Source of the DNA: Clostridia bacterium
GTDB taxonomy: Bacteria; Bacillota; Clostridia; Saccharofermentanales; DTU023
DNA: 64,000 bases
Assembly: GCA_040767365.1 (NCBI GenBank)
Contig: JAXGOR010000002.1
Location: 247,150-311,149, forward strand
Direction: 5' to 3'
A model generated the notes under the pieces. The model did not search any database. It had not been told where the DNA came from and was given only the letters and a program-made list of their open reading frames with translations. The stretch's first letter is position 1. Each line of letters begins with the position of its first letter. Of the stretch, positions 30,756 through 39,595 are shown piece after piece. Both the position numbers and the translations under genes were made by a program.

Positions 30756-32759
30756 ATGAAAGAGAATATCCGGATCATCCGCGACCAGGTCAACGGCGAA
30801 AGGATCCTTAACGACATCCGGGAGATCACCCAGTTCAACCGGATGCAGGCCTCGACCGGCTACCGGCAGGCGGCGGAAAGGGTTGCCGCCAGACTCCAGG
30901 CCGAGGGTATCGACTGCCGGATCCGGCCCTACCCCTTTGACGAGAAGACCTGGTATCTCTCACATAAGTCCTTCCTGGAATGGGACTGCCAGGGGGCCTG
31001 GCTGGATCTGGAGACCCCTGAAAGAAGGCGGCTGGCCGACTACCAGGCCAACAACCTCTCCATCATCCAGAAGAGCTTTCCCTGTGACTTCTCCCGGGAA
31101 CCCGTGGAGATCGTCCTCCTTGACCGGGGCTCCGACCAGGCCGCCTATGAGGGGCTGGACCTGGCGGGCAAGCTCCTCTTCATCCGGGAGGACTTCAAGC
31201 CTTATATGGGCTGGGCCATCAAGGAGGGGGGCGGCCTGGGCTTCATCTCCGACTACCTCCGTGAAGTCCCCGGCGTCCGCACCCGGGCCGACCTCTACGA
31301 TGCCAGGAACTACAGCTCCTTCTGGTGGAAGAATACGGACTTCGAACCCAATACCTTCGGTTTCGTGCTAAGCCCCAGACAGGGGGATGAGCTGGCGGCC
31401 CTCTGCCTCAAGCTCCGGGAAGAACACGAAAAGGACAGCACCCAGCCCCCCTACCCGACGGCCCGCTGCCGGATGGACACCCGCCTCTACCCCGGGGCCA
31501 TTGAGCTGGTGGAATCCTTCCTGGAGGGGGAGACGGAGGAGGAGATCCTGCTGGTGGCCCATCTTTGCCACCCCAAGCCCTGTGCCAATGACAATGCCAG
31601 TGGGGTCGGCAGCGCCATGGAGATGCTGCGGGTGCTCAAGCGGCTTTTGGATGCTGGTGATCTCCCGCCGCTCAAGCGGGGTATCCGGGTCATCTTTGTG
31701 CCGGAGTTCGCAGGCACCTATGCCTGGCTGGCCGACAAAAACAACCGGTCCGACCGGGTCCTGGCCGGCCTCAACCTGGACATGGTGGGCGGCCGCCAGA
31801 CCACAGGCTACGGTCCCCTGACCCTGGGGGCCCAGCCGCACGCCGCACCCTCATTTGTCACCGATATGGCGACCCTTTGTTACGATGAGGTCAAAAGCAA
31901 TGTCCCCTACCTCAACCCCTCCGATCAGGTTCCCATGTTCAATTTCTTCCTGGGCGACTTCTCGGCCGGGAGCGACCACCAGGTCCTGACCGACCCCTCC
32001 ATCGGGATCCCCACCCCCATGCTGGGCCAGTGGCCGGACCGCCACTACCATACCTCCGCCGATACGGTGGACTGCCTGGACCCCTTCATCCTCCACAAGT
32101 CCGCCTCCATCGCCGGGGCCTACGCCTATTCCCTGGCCAACCTGGACAGGTCCGGTGCCTTCCAGGTCCTGACCAAGATCCTGGAAAGGGCGGTCAAGAA
32201 GCTTGTCGCCTTGACCACAGACGCCCTGGATCAGGCCTGGGAGACCCGGGAGACCTATGAGAAGCTGGAACACTCGGCCACCTATTTCCAGGATAGCTGC
32301 CGGGATCTCCAGCGCTTTTTCTCAACTTCTGTCTACCAGGAAAGCCTGGAGGGGATCACGGAGTCTTTTTGCACCGCCATCGAGGACCAAAAAGACCAGC
32401 TTTTCCAGGCCTACCTGGAAACCAGCGGCCAGGAGGATTTCAACTACCAGCCGGAAAGCTGTCCAGCTCAATACGCCTACGTCCCTCGCAGGCTCACCCC
32501 CTCCCCCATCCTCCATCTGGAGGACTACACGACCGGAAATGAAAGCTTGACCCAAGCCTATGAGGCTTATACGGCCAAACACAAGCTGGACTACACCCAG
32601 CTTCGGACCCTGGAGCTCCTGATCCAGTACGCCATGGATGGGAAGAGGACCCTCTTTGAGATCGCCCGATTTGTCATGCTCGAGACGACCGGCTGTTCGG
32701 TCGAGCTGGTCCATGACTTTGTCCAGCTTATGGCTATCCTGGGCACTGTCGCCCTCTAG
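30756..32759 (+). CDS. Aminopeptidase-like (DUF4910 / M28-related) protein
   Basis: HLCHPKPCANDNASGVGSAMEML resembles the metal-ligand region of DUF4910/M28-like proteins. ATG at 30756 is preceded by AAAGGGG. Confidence 0.5.
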   Translation: MKENIRIIRDQVNGERILNDIREITQFNRMQASTGYRQAAERVAARLQAEGIDCRIRPYPFDEKTWYLSHKSFLEWDCQGAWLDLETPERRRLADYQANNLSIIQKSFPCDFSREPVEIVLLDRGSDQAAYEGLDLAGKLLFIREDFKPYMGWAIKEGGGLGFISDYLREVPGVRTRADLYDARNYSSFWWKNTDFEPNTFGFVLSPRQGDELAALCLKLREEHEKDSTQPPYPTARCRMDTRLYPGAIELVESFLEGETEEEILLVAHLCHPKPCANDNASGVGSAMEMLRVLKRLLDAGDLPPLKRGIRVIFVPEFAGTYAWLADKNNRSDRVLAGLNLDMVGGRQTTGYGPLTLGAQPHAAPSFVTDMATLCYDEVKSNVPYLNPSDQVPMFNFFLGDFSAGSDHQVLTDPSIGIPTPMLGQWPDRHYHTSADTVDCLDPFILHKSASIAGAYAYSLANLDRSGAFQVLTKILERAVKKLVALTTDALDQAWETRETYEKLEHSATYFQDSCRDLQRFFSTSVYQESLEGITESFCTAIEDQKDQLFQAYLETSGQEDFNYQPESCPAQYAYVPRRLTPSPILHLEDYTTGNESLTQAYEAYTAKHKLDYTQLRTLELLIQYAMDGKRTLFEIARFVMLETTGCSVELVHDFVQLMAILGTVAL

Positions 32760-32779
32760 AAAGGTCTGGCAAAGATGCC

Positions 32780-34000
32780 GTGACCCCCAAAGACCGTACC
32801 ATCCTCCACTGTGACCTGAACGGCTTCTACGCCGCGGTGGAGTGCGTCTTCAATCCCCAGCTGAGGGCGGTCCCCATGGCGGTTGCCGGCAGCCCCGATG
32901 ACCGGCACGGGATCATCCTGGCTAAGAATGAACTGGCCAAACAGTGCAAGGTCAAGACAGCCGAAACCATCTGGCAGGCCAGGCAGAAATGCCCGGACCT
33001 GGTCCTGGTCCCTCCCCACCACGAGGAGTACGCCCATTATTCCCGCCGGGTCAACGCCATCTACCAGGAGTTCACTGACCTGGTCGAACCCTTCGGCATT
33101 GATGAGAGCTGGCTGGATGTGACGGGGGTGGAGAGGCTCTTTGGACCGGGCCAGGTTATTGCGGACAAAATCCGAAAGACCGTCCGGGACCGCCTCCAGC
33201 TGACCCTTTCCGTCGGTGTCTCCTTCAACAAGATCTTTGCCAAACTGGGCAGCGACTACAAGAAGCCGGACGCCACCACGGTCATTTCCCGGGAGAATTT
33301 CAGGGAGATCCTCTGGCCCCTGCCGGCCTCTGCCCTCCTCTATGTGGGCAAGGTGACCCGGGAGGCCCTGGCCCAGATCGGGATCCGGACCATCGGGGAC
33401 CTGGCGGCGACTGACCGGGAGGGCCTGGTCCAGCTCCTGGGCAAGACGGGCGGTATGCTCCACGACTATGCCAACGGCATCGATGACAGCCCGGTCAAGT
33501 CCGCCTACGCCGACCAGGACCTGAAGTCGGTGGGGAATGGAACTACCTTCAGCCGGGATCTCATTGGCTATGAATCCATCCGGACCCAGGTGACCCTCCT
33601 GGCGGACGAGGTAGCCCGGCGGATGCGGAAATATGAGGTCAAGGCCAAGGTCATCTCCGTCGCCATCAAGGATCCCCAATTTCGGACCATCAGCCGGCAG
33701 AAGTCCCTAAACAACCCCACCCATCTGACCCGGGAGATCACCGACACGGCCATGGAGCTTATCCAGGCCTCCTGGCGGCCGGACAAGCCCATCCGCAGTC
33801 TCACCATAACGGGCATGGACCTGCTTCCCGCCCAGGAGGCGACCGAACAGCTGTCTCTTTTCGATCAGGTCGAAGAAATTGACAAGGAGAAGTTGGAACG
33901 GCTGGATCAGACGGTGGACCAACTCCGTGAACGCTTCGGCAAAGGGGTGATCGGTCCCGGTGGGGCCCTGCCAACCGGGGAATCCAAGGGGGAGGACTAG
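32780..34000 (+). CDS. dinB: DNA polymerase IV (Y-family)
   Basis: ILHCDLNGFYAAVE and SIDESWLDV-type motif (GIDESWLDVTG). Typical length, GTG start. Confidence 0.9.
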   Translation: MTPKDRTILHCDLNGFYAAVECVFNPQLRAVPMAVAGSPDDRHGIILAKNELAKQCKVKTAETIWQARQKCPDLVLVPPHHEEYAHYSRRVNAIYQEFTDLVEPFGIDESWLDVTGVERLFGPGQVIADKIRKTVRDRLQLTLSVGVSFNKIFAKLGSDYKKPDATTVISRENFREILWPLPASALLYVGKVTREALAQIGIRTIGDLAATDREGLVQLLGKTGGMLHDYANGIDDSPVKSAYADQDLKSVGNGTTFSRDLIGYESIRTQVTLLADEVARRMRKYEVKAKVISVAIKDPQFRTISRQKSLNNPTHLTREITDTAMELIQASWRPDKPIRSLTITGMDLLPAQEATEQLSLFDQVEEIDKEKLERLDQTVDQLRERFGKGVIGPGGALPTGESKGED

Positions 34001-34027
34001 AAGATTCCAAAAGACCGCAATATTGGA

Positions 34028-34051
34028 GGAAGCCACCCGGAGGTGGCTTCC
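34028..34051. terminator. Hairpin between convergent dinB and lipoprotein genes
   Basis: Perfect 10-bp stem ggaagccacc / ggtggcttcc with a 4-nt loop. A second, smaller hairpin (acttccc...gggaagt) follows directly. Confidence 0.45.
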
Positions 34052-34085
34052 CGACTTCCCTCTCAGGGAAGTTCTTCAATCCATC

Positions 34086-34943
34086 CTAGTTCTCTCCAAC
34101 CTTGTCACCGTCCCGGTTGACCCCGGTCATCTTCCCGTCCTCATACTGGTACCACTCGGCGGCTGATTTGGGGAAGTCGTAGGCTTCCTTGCCTGTCAAG
34201 GGATCAGGATCATCCGAATCCTGGACGATCCCGATGATGCCGTTGTCACCTTCGATTGTAAACAGGTAGAGGGTATTCAGCATAACGGCCCCACCCATAT
34301 AGGTCTGGCCGGCATAACCGTAAGGGGTCCGGACGAATTCCATATAGGGTTTCCTTCCGTCCTCGAAGTCCGCCACCATTACGAAGCGGCCTTCCGCCTC
34401 ATAGTAGTTGGACGTGAAGGTCAGCTTGTTCCCATTTTCATCGGTATAGGTCATAACCGCCTGATCCTTGCCTCTTTCAACCTTAAAATCCTCTATGCCA
34501 TGGAAGAGTCCGACCTGCTCCAGGGCGTAATCGCTGTCCCAGAGAACACTGTAGGCCCACATGATGGCATCCACCTCATAAATGCTTAACAGCTCGGAAT
34601 AGGACCCCATCTCAATCGAGAGGTTCTGAAAGATGCTTCTATTGATATTGCTGATCAAGTCACCCCTCGCGTCCTGGTATTTATAAAATTCACTCTCGAG
34701 CGACCCTTCCTGGCCAAAGCTGTCGTCTTCTCCTCCTATTACAAAATCCTTGCCTTCATCTACAACGCCAGCAACATCCTCAAGAATCTTGCCGACTTCA
34801 TCCTTCAGATCCAAATCCAGATCCGTCTTCTGACCTTTCAAGGCACCTTCCACCAAATCCGCAACATTAGGCGCCCTGGCACACCCGACCACAAATAAAA
34901 TAGCGGCGAGTACCAAGGCCGTTAGGGTTAATATCTTTTTCAT
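34086..34943 (-). CDS. Putative lipoprotein, function unknown
   Basis: Signal peptide with lipobox MKKILTLTALVLAAILFVVGC. GC content is intermediate, and the gene sits at the compositional transition. Confidence 0.6.
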   Translation of the reverse strand: MKKILTLTALVLAAILFVVGCARAPNVADLVEGALKGQKTDLDLDLKDEVGKILEDVAGVVDEGKDFVIGGEDDSFGQEGSLESEFYKYQDARGDLISNINRSIFQNLSIEMGSYSELLSIYEVDAIMWAYSVLWDSDYALEQVGLFHGIEDFKVERGKDQAVMTYTDENGNKLTFTSNYYEAEGRFVMVADFEDGRKPYMEFVRTPYGYAGQTYMGGAVMLNTLYLFTIEGDNGIIGIVQDSDDPDPLTGKEAYDFPKSAAEWYQYEDGKMTGVNRDGDKVGEN

Positions 34944-35156
34944 AGGCCTATCCTGCCTTTCAATCGATTCCCCAACATTGTCTCCCGCTACTTAGCCAAG
35001 ATCATTATAGATAGGAAAAAAGCAAGAGATCGTACCGGGTGTATTGATTGGCAGGGTAAATAGATAATCTAGCGGATATTCCATATCTTCAAAACGATAG
35101 GGTTGCTAACTATTTTCTCTTATTTTGGCAGGAAACCATGAGGGCTGAAGGATCAA

Positions 35157-35555
35157 ATGAAACTCAGCATTGAGGTTGCCTTTGACGAAATATGCACAGA
35201 CAGGCTATCTTATTGGAAATACGAATTCATGCACTGCCAACCAATAGGTAAAAGGAGTGTGTCTCTAGTGAAAACCAAATACAAGATCATACTTAATGAA
35301 GAGCCCAAGGAAGGCACGACGTACCTATACAAGTTTGGTCACACACCAGGAATCAAGATAAATGTCATTCGGCAAGAGATTAGCATTGAATTTGAAATGA
35401 CTGTAAAAAAGTCATTTGAAGATATCTCTGAACTAAAGCTATTACTTGTTCCCGATGCGTTGCGTAAAGCACATCTTTTGCATGCTCTCGATAAAAATGA
35501 AGCTCTCAAAATTAATGAAATTATCGTTTTTATTGGTGAGGAGTCACGGCACTAG
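35157..35555 (+). pseudogene. Hypothetical gene truncated by IS256-family insertion
   Basis: The stop codon TAG (35553-35555) is created at the IS junction. With the IS and one TSD copy removed, the frame continues for about 23 more codons from 38660. Confidence 0.5.
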
Positions 35556-38500
35556 ATAAAGTAGCATATGTTTCGCACATTTGAATAAAGAGGACATGGA
35601 ACCTCGTCTCACTTGGTAAAATTGATTTTAGGAAAAAAGAACCAAGGAGAGTGAAGAACCATGTCCGAGAAAATTATACAGTTGAACGAAGGAATCATCA
35701 AAGAAGAGTTGGGCGAGATGGTGCGGAGATAAATGACAATGTAACCTGGACAGTGAGTCAAAAAAAACGTCCAGCTTAATCTGGCAAATAGAATGTCCTA
35801 CTTATTCAAAGAGTGGACTCTTTCGTCAACCAAAACTTTATACTGTCCTGTACATAGTCCAAGCTCAAGGCGGGCCTTCCCTAAGGAGGCTGCCATGAGC
35901 CACTACCAACACCTGACCCTGGAGGACAGGGTCTTAATCAAATGAAATCGAAGTCGCCGACTTTTTCGTAAGATCGCAAAAGACTTGGGTAAATCCCCCA
36001 CCACCATCTCCCAGGAGATAAAAAAGCATCGGAGCCGTATCGAGAAGAATGCCTTCAATACCCGCTACAACCCTTGTGGGCACTGATTCCACTGTCCTGC
36101 CCAACTTTATGGTGGCTCCTATCAAAAGAAGAAAACCTGTGCCTCCTGCAAGAAGGTCAAGCCCTCTTGCCCTGACTTCAAAGAAGAATACTGCCCACGC
36201 CTGCAAAAGGCACCCTATGTCTGCCATGGCCGCATAAAGAATCGCTGTGGTCTGACTCACATGAGTACATGCCACCGCTGCTCACCATCACCTGGAGCCT
36301 CTGGTCCGAATCCCGTCAAGGGAGGTCTTATTCGCCTGAAGAGAAATGATCTATCCGCAAGATCGTGAAGGCAGATTCAAGTGGGGCTATCGCCTTTACA
36401 TCATCTGGGCCAACCACAAGAACGAACTGCCTTGCCTCACCGGACTATTCATTGGCCCATCCAGGACCGAGCCCTGGCTGAAGTCTCAGGCTTTGACCTG
36501 CCCTACAAGATCCGGTTACCGGCCCAGAAGAAAGAGGCGGGAGCAGCAGATTGACATGGCGGCCGCCGTCAGAGGACCTGCCAGGACTACCTGGCCTTGG
36601 CGGGGAGGACCCCCGGCCCGTCGTCGAGATGGACACGGTCGGTCGACGGTTTCCAAAGGTCATCTTGTCCCTCTATTTCCAAGAGTCCTCTTTGCTCCTC
36701 TTATACTTGAGAGAACGTAATACGGCCCAGTCCGTCATCGATTGCTTTAATCGCCTCTACGATGTCCTGGGCCGGGACAGCTTTTGTCGACTCTTCCCGG
36801 TCCCTCCTCACCGACAACGGATCGGAGTTCTCCAATCCTGTTGCCATTGAGCTTGACCAAGAAGGCCAGCAGACCGGATCTACTATTGTGACCTGGGGAT
36901 GCCAACCAGAAGCCTGGAGTGAAGGGGCCCATGCTAATTTAAGGCGCATTTTACCTTGGCGACGTCTTTCAATGATCTGACCTAGGAAGACCTGAACCAG
37001 GCCGAGGGGCCATGTCAACGGTTTCCTCAGAAAAAGCCGAATGACCGGTCACCAACCCAGTCATTCAGCGCTACTTTCGGAGGGATATCCCCGGAACGCT
37101 TAGGCGTTCCTTTATCGATCCTTCCCAAGTAGTTTTACGCCCAGCGCCCTACAAAAGTAGACTGCTGATTTTTCGGGAAAAAGCCCAGCTCCTCGAACGC
37201 TGCTCTTCTCTAACGTTCCAGGCCATCCAGCTTAAAGTGTCGTAAACGACAAATAGCTCGATGGTTCTGGTTAAGCGCGCTCTTCTTCTGCCGCTCCCCC
37301 ATTCTACCATTTATCTTCGCTTTACGGGGTTTTTCTTGTGACTGCCAAACCCCTCGCTACAGTTTGTTTCAAGTTTTCTTGGATCCCTACTCTACTGTCC
37401 AGGTTAGCTTGTCATTTATCGCGAGATGGTGCGGCAAAGCGTGGAAGATACGCTGAACGCACTTTTGGACGAAGAGGCCGACCGGCTGACCAATGCGAAA
37501 CGCGGAGAGAACGGCTCTGAGGAAGAGTGCTGTGCCGGACACTACAAAAGAAAACTGTTGACACGGGCAGGCGAGGTAGAACTCAAGATGCCCAAGCTTC
37601 GACCTTGACATTTCAAAACTGCCATCATCCAGCGCTACCAGAAACGCGAGATAAGCGGAGGAAGCCTTGGTGGAGATGTACCTGGCCGGAGTCTCTGTAC
37701 GCCGTGTAGAGTGACATCACAGAAGTTCTGGTGGGGCACGGAGTGAGTGCGGGGACAGTCAGCCGCCTCAACCAAAAAGGTATATGCCCAAATTGATTGT
37801 ATCGGCGGAAGCGGTCACTTGAGATGAGTTACCCTTACGTCTACCTTGACGGGATCTATCTCAAGCGAAACTTTGCTGGCAACTTTGAGAATGTGGCCAT
37901 CCTCATCGCGATGGCAGTCAATGAGGAAGGTGAGCGTGAGGTCATTGGAGCCTGTGAGGGGTTACGAGAAGACAAGGAGTCCTGATGGGCTTCCTGCGGG
38001 ATCTTAAGTCAAGAGGACTTCGGGGTACACAGCTTTTCATCGGAGACAAGTGCTCGCTTGCTGGAAGCAGTTCGACACGATTTACCCTGATGCTCGTTAT
38101 TGAAGGCCGGCAGCTGGTCGATTTTACCTGCAATGTGCTGTCAGTTGTTCCCCGTGGGAAGATGAAGGTCGCGGCCATGTTGCGGGCCATCCATGCTCAG
38201 GAGGATCGTCAGGCCGCCATTGCCAAATCCCAGGATGTGATCGCAAGACTCGGGAAATGAAACTGACGAAGGCGGCAAAGAAGGTCGAGGATTCGGTCGT
38301 CGAAACCCTGGAGTATATGTATTTCCCCAGAGAACATTGGCGCAAGATCCGAAGCAACAATGTCATTGAGCGATTGAATCGGGAGATTAAGAGGCGAAAT
38401 ACGGGTCGTAGGCACTTTTCCTGACGGAGAGTCAGCACTTATGCTGGTCTGTGCCCGATTGAGATACATGGAGAGCTCCCTCTGGGTTCTAAATTGTATG

Positions 38501-38651
38501 CGAGTATGAAGCACCTGAAAAACACGAGCTGGAACTCAGATGGAATATGAGGGGGCATAGTGTCAACACGTGCTTTAGTTCTCTCTGACCGGGGGAACCT
38601 AAAGTATCTGCTTCAAGTGAGATAAATGTGCGAAAGATCCTTGACAGTACC
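35555..38651 (+). mobile_element. IS256-family element, copy A (carries a nested IS30-family insertion; transposase is a pseudogene)
   Basis: 8-bp TSD CGGCACTA at 35547-35554 and 38652-38659. Co-linear with copy B (58323-59714) apart from the nested insertion and scattered differences. The transposase frame starts at 35661 (MSEKIIQLNEG...), is split at 35727, and carries further indels (for example a 2-nt deletion at about 37653). Confidence 0.85.
35727..37420 (+). mobile_element. IS30-family element, copy 1 (transposase pseudogene), nested in IS256 copy A
   Basis: Terminal inverted repeats AGATAAATGACAATGTAACCTGGACAGTGAGT and ACTCTACTGTCCAGGTTAGCTTGTCATTTATC. 14-bp TSD GCGAGATGGTGCGG at 35713-35726 and 37421-37434; this sequence is present once in the uninterrupted IS256 copy B. 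Transposase fragments include MSHYQHLTLEDR, GKSPTTISQEIKKHR, VRYRPRKK and LTDNGSEFSNPVAIE, spread over several frames. Confidence 0.85.
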
Positions 38652-39040
38652 CGGCACTACGATAAACGTTATCCTAAATTCCCTTTTTGTTTTCACGTTT
38701 CAAGAAGGTTCTCTCGATCTTAATAATAGTTCATGGCAGAACCAACACATCTACGAACAAATACTATCCACAACAAAAACTGAAATTGACAAGGATTTGA
38801 GATTTTCGTCACTCTATTCTTATCTCGCTTCCATTAAACGCCCTTTCGAGATTGACAGGTTCACTCTTCTTTGCCATCAATGAATGCCTACTATAGCTAT
38901 GTATCTGGTGGCGTGAAAGGGGACCATCAGAAAATGGATGACCTCATCAAATCAATGAGGTTAGGAGATGGAAACCTTCTAGAAAATGTCAGAAAGTCTA
39001 TGAACTCCTTTATGAAAGCGTTGGTGACAGTTTAGTCGGT

Positions 39041-39364
39041 TTGTCAAAAGAACATATTGAAGAGGTGTGCGCAATTCTGTCAGTCAATCCGACGGCAAAA
39101 TCTATCCAGTTCCGGGATGGAAGGTTGAATCCAATCAATGACCTCGCTGAAAAGTTGTCCATCACCCCGTATGGGCTGATGTTACTTGAATATCCATACC
39201 ACTGGCGTTGTCGCTATTCTCACGGTGAAAGCGCTACAATATTGTTCAGTACCCATAATAATGACCGTGCGATCTCAATCCTTCGTGTCCTCAATTGTCT
39301 TCTGACTGACTTTTTGGGAAAGGAGATTCCGAAACTTTTCGATATATTAACAAACTACGACTGA
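39041..39364 (+). CDS. Hypothetical protein, possibly the last fragment of a decayed gene
   Basis: 107-aa ORF with a TTG start. It follows two shorter ORFs in the other two frames (38626-38883 and about 38886-39040), which suggests one gene broken by two frameshifts. Confidence 0.3.
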   Translation: MSKEHIEEVCAILSVNPTAKSIQFRDGRLNPINDLAEKLSITPYGLMLLEYPYHWRCRYSHGESATILFSTHNNDRAISILRVLNCLLTDFLGKEIPKLFDILTNYD

Positions 39365-39595
39365 TTATCGACGCACTGTGCGAATAATTGTTTGTGGCCG
39401 ATTAACCAGAAGCGGTGGCTGGTTTAGGTAACATATTTATTAACCAGAGGATCACATCTCTAGTTCCTAAGTGCTTATAGCAAACAATTGTCAGAATCAC
39501 GTATTCCCGCAATATGAATAAACGTGTTATTGTGTAAATCAGATATATATATATAGCCTATGAGTTTCCATATGTGATTGAGAAGGAGTAGTGCC

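Noticed and set aside
39543-39556. (AT)7 dinucleotide tract about 40 nt upstream of gene A, considered as a phase-variation switch.
   Set aside because: It is short and lies in a generally AT-rich promoter region. With only one sequence there is no evidence of length variation. I note it only as a possible -10-like or spacer element.
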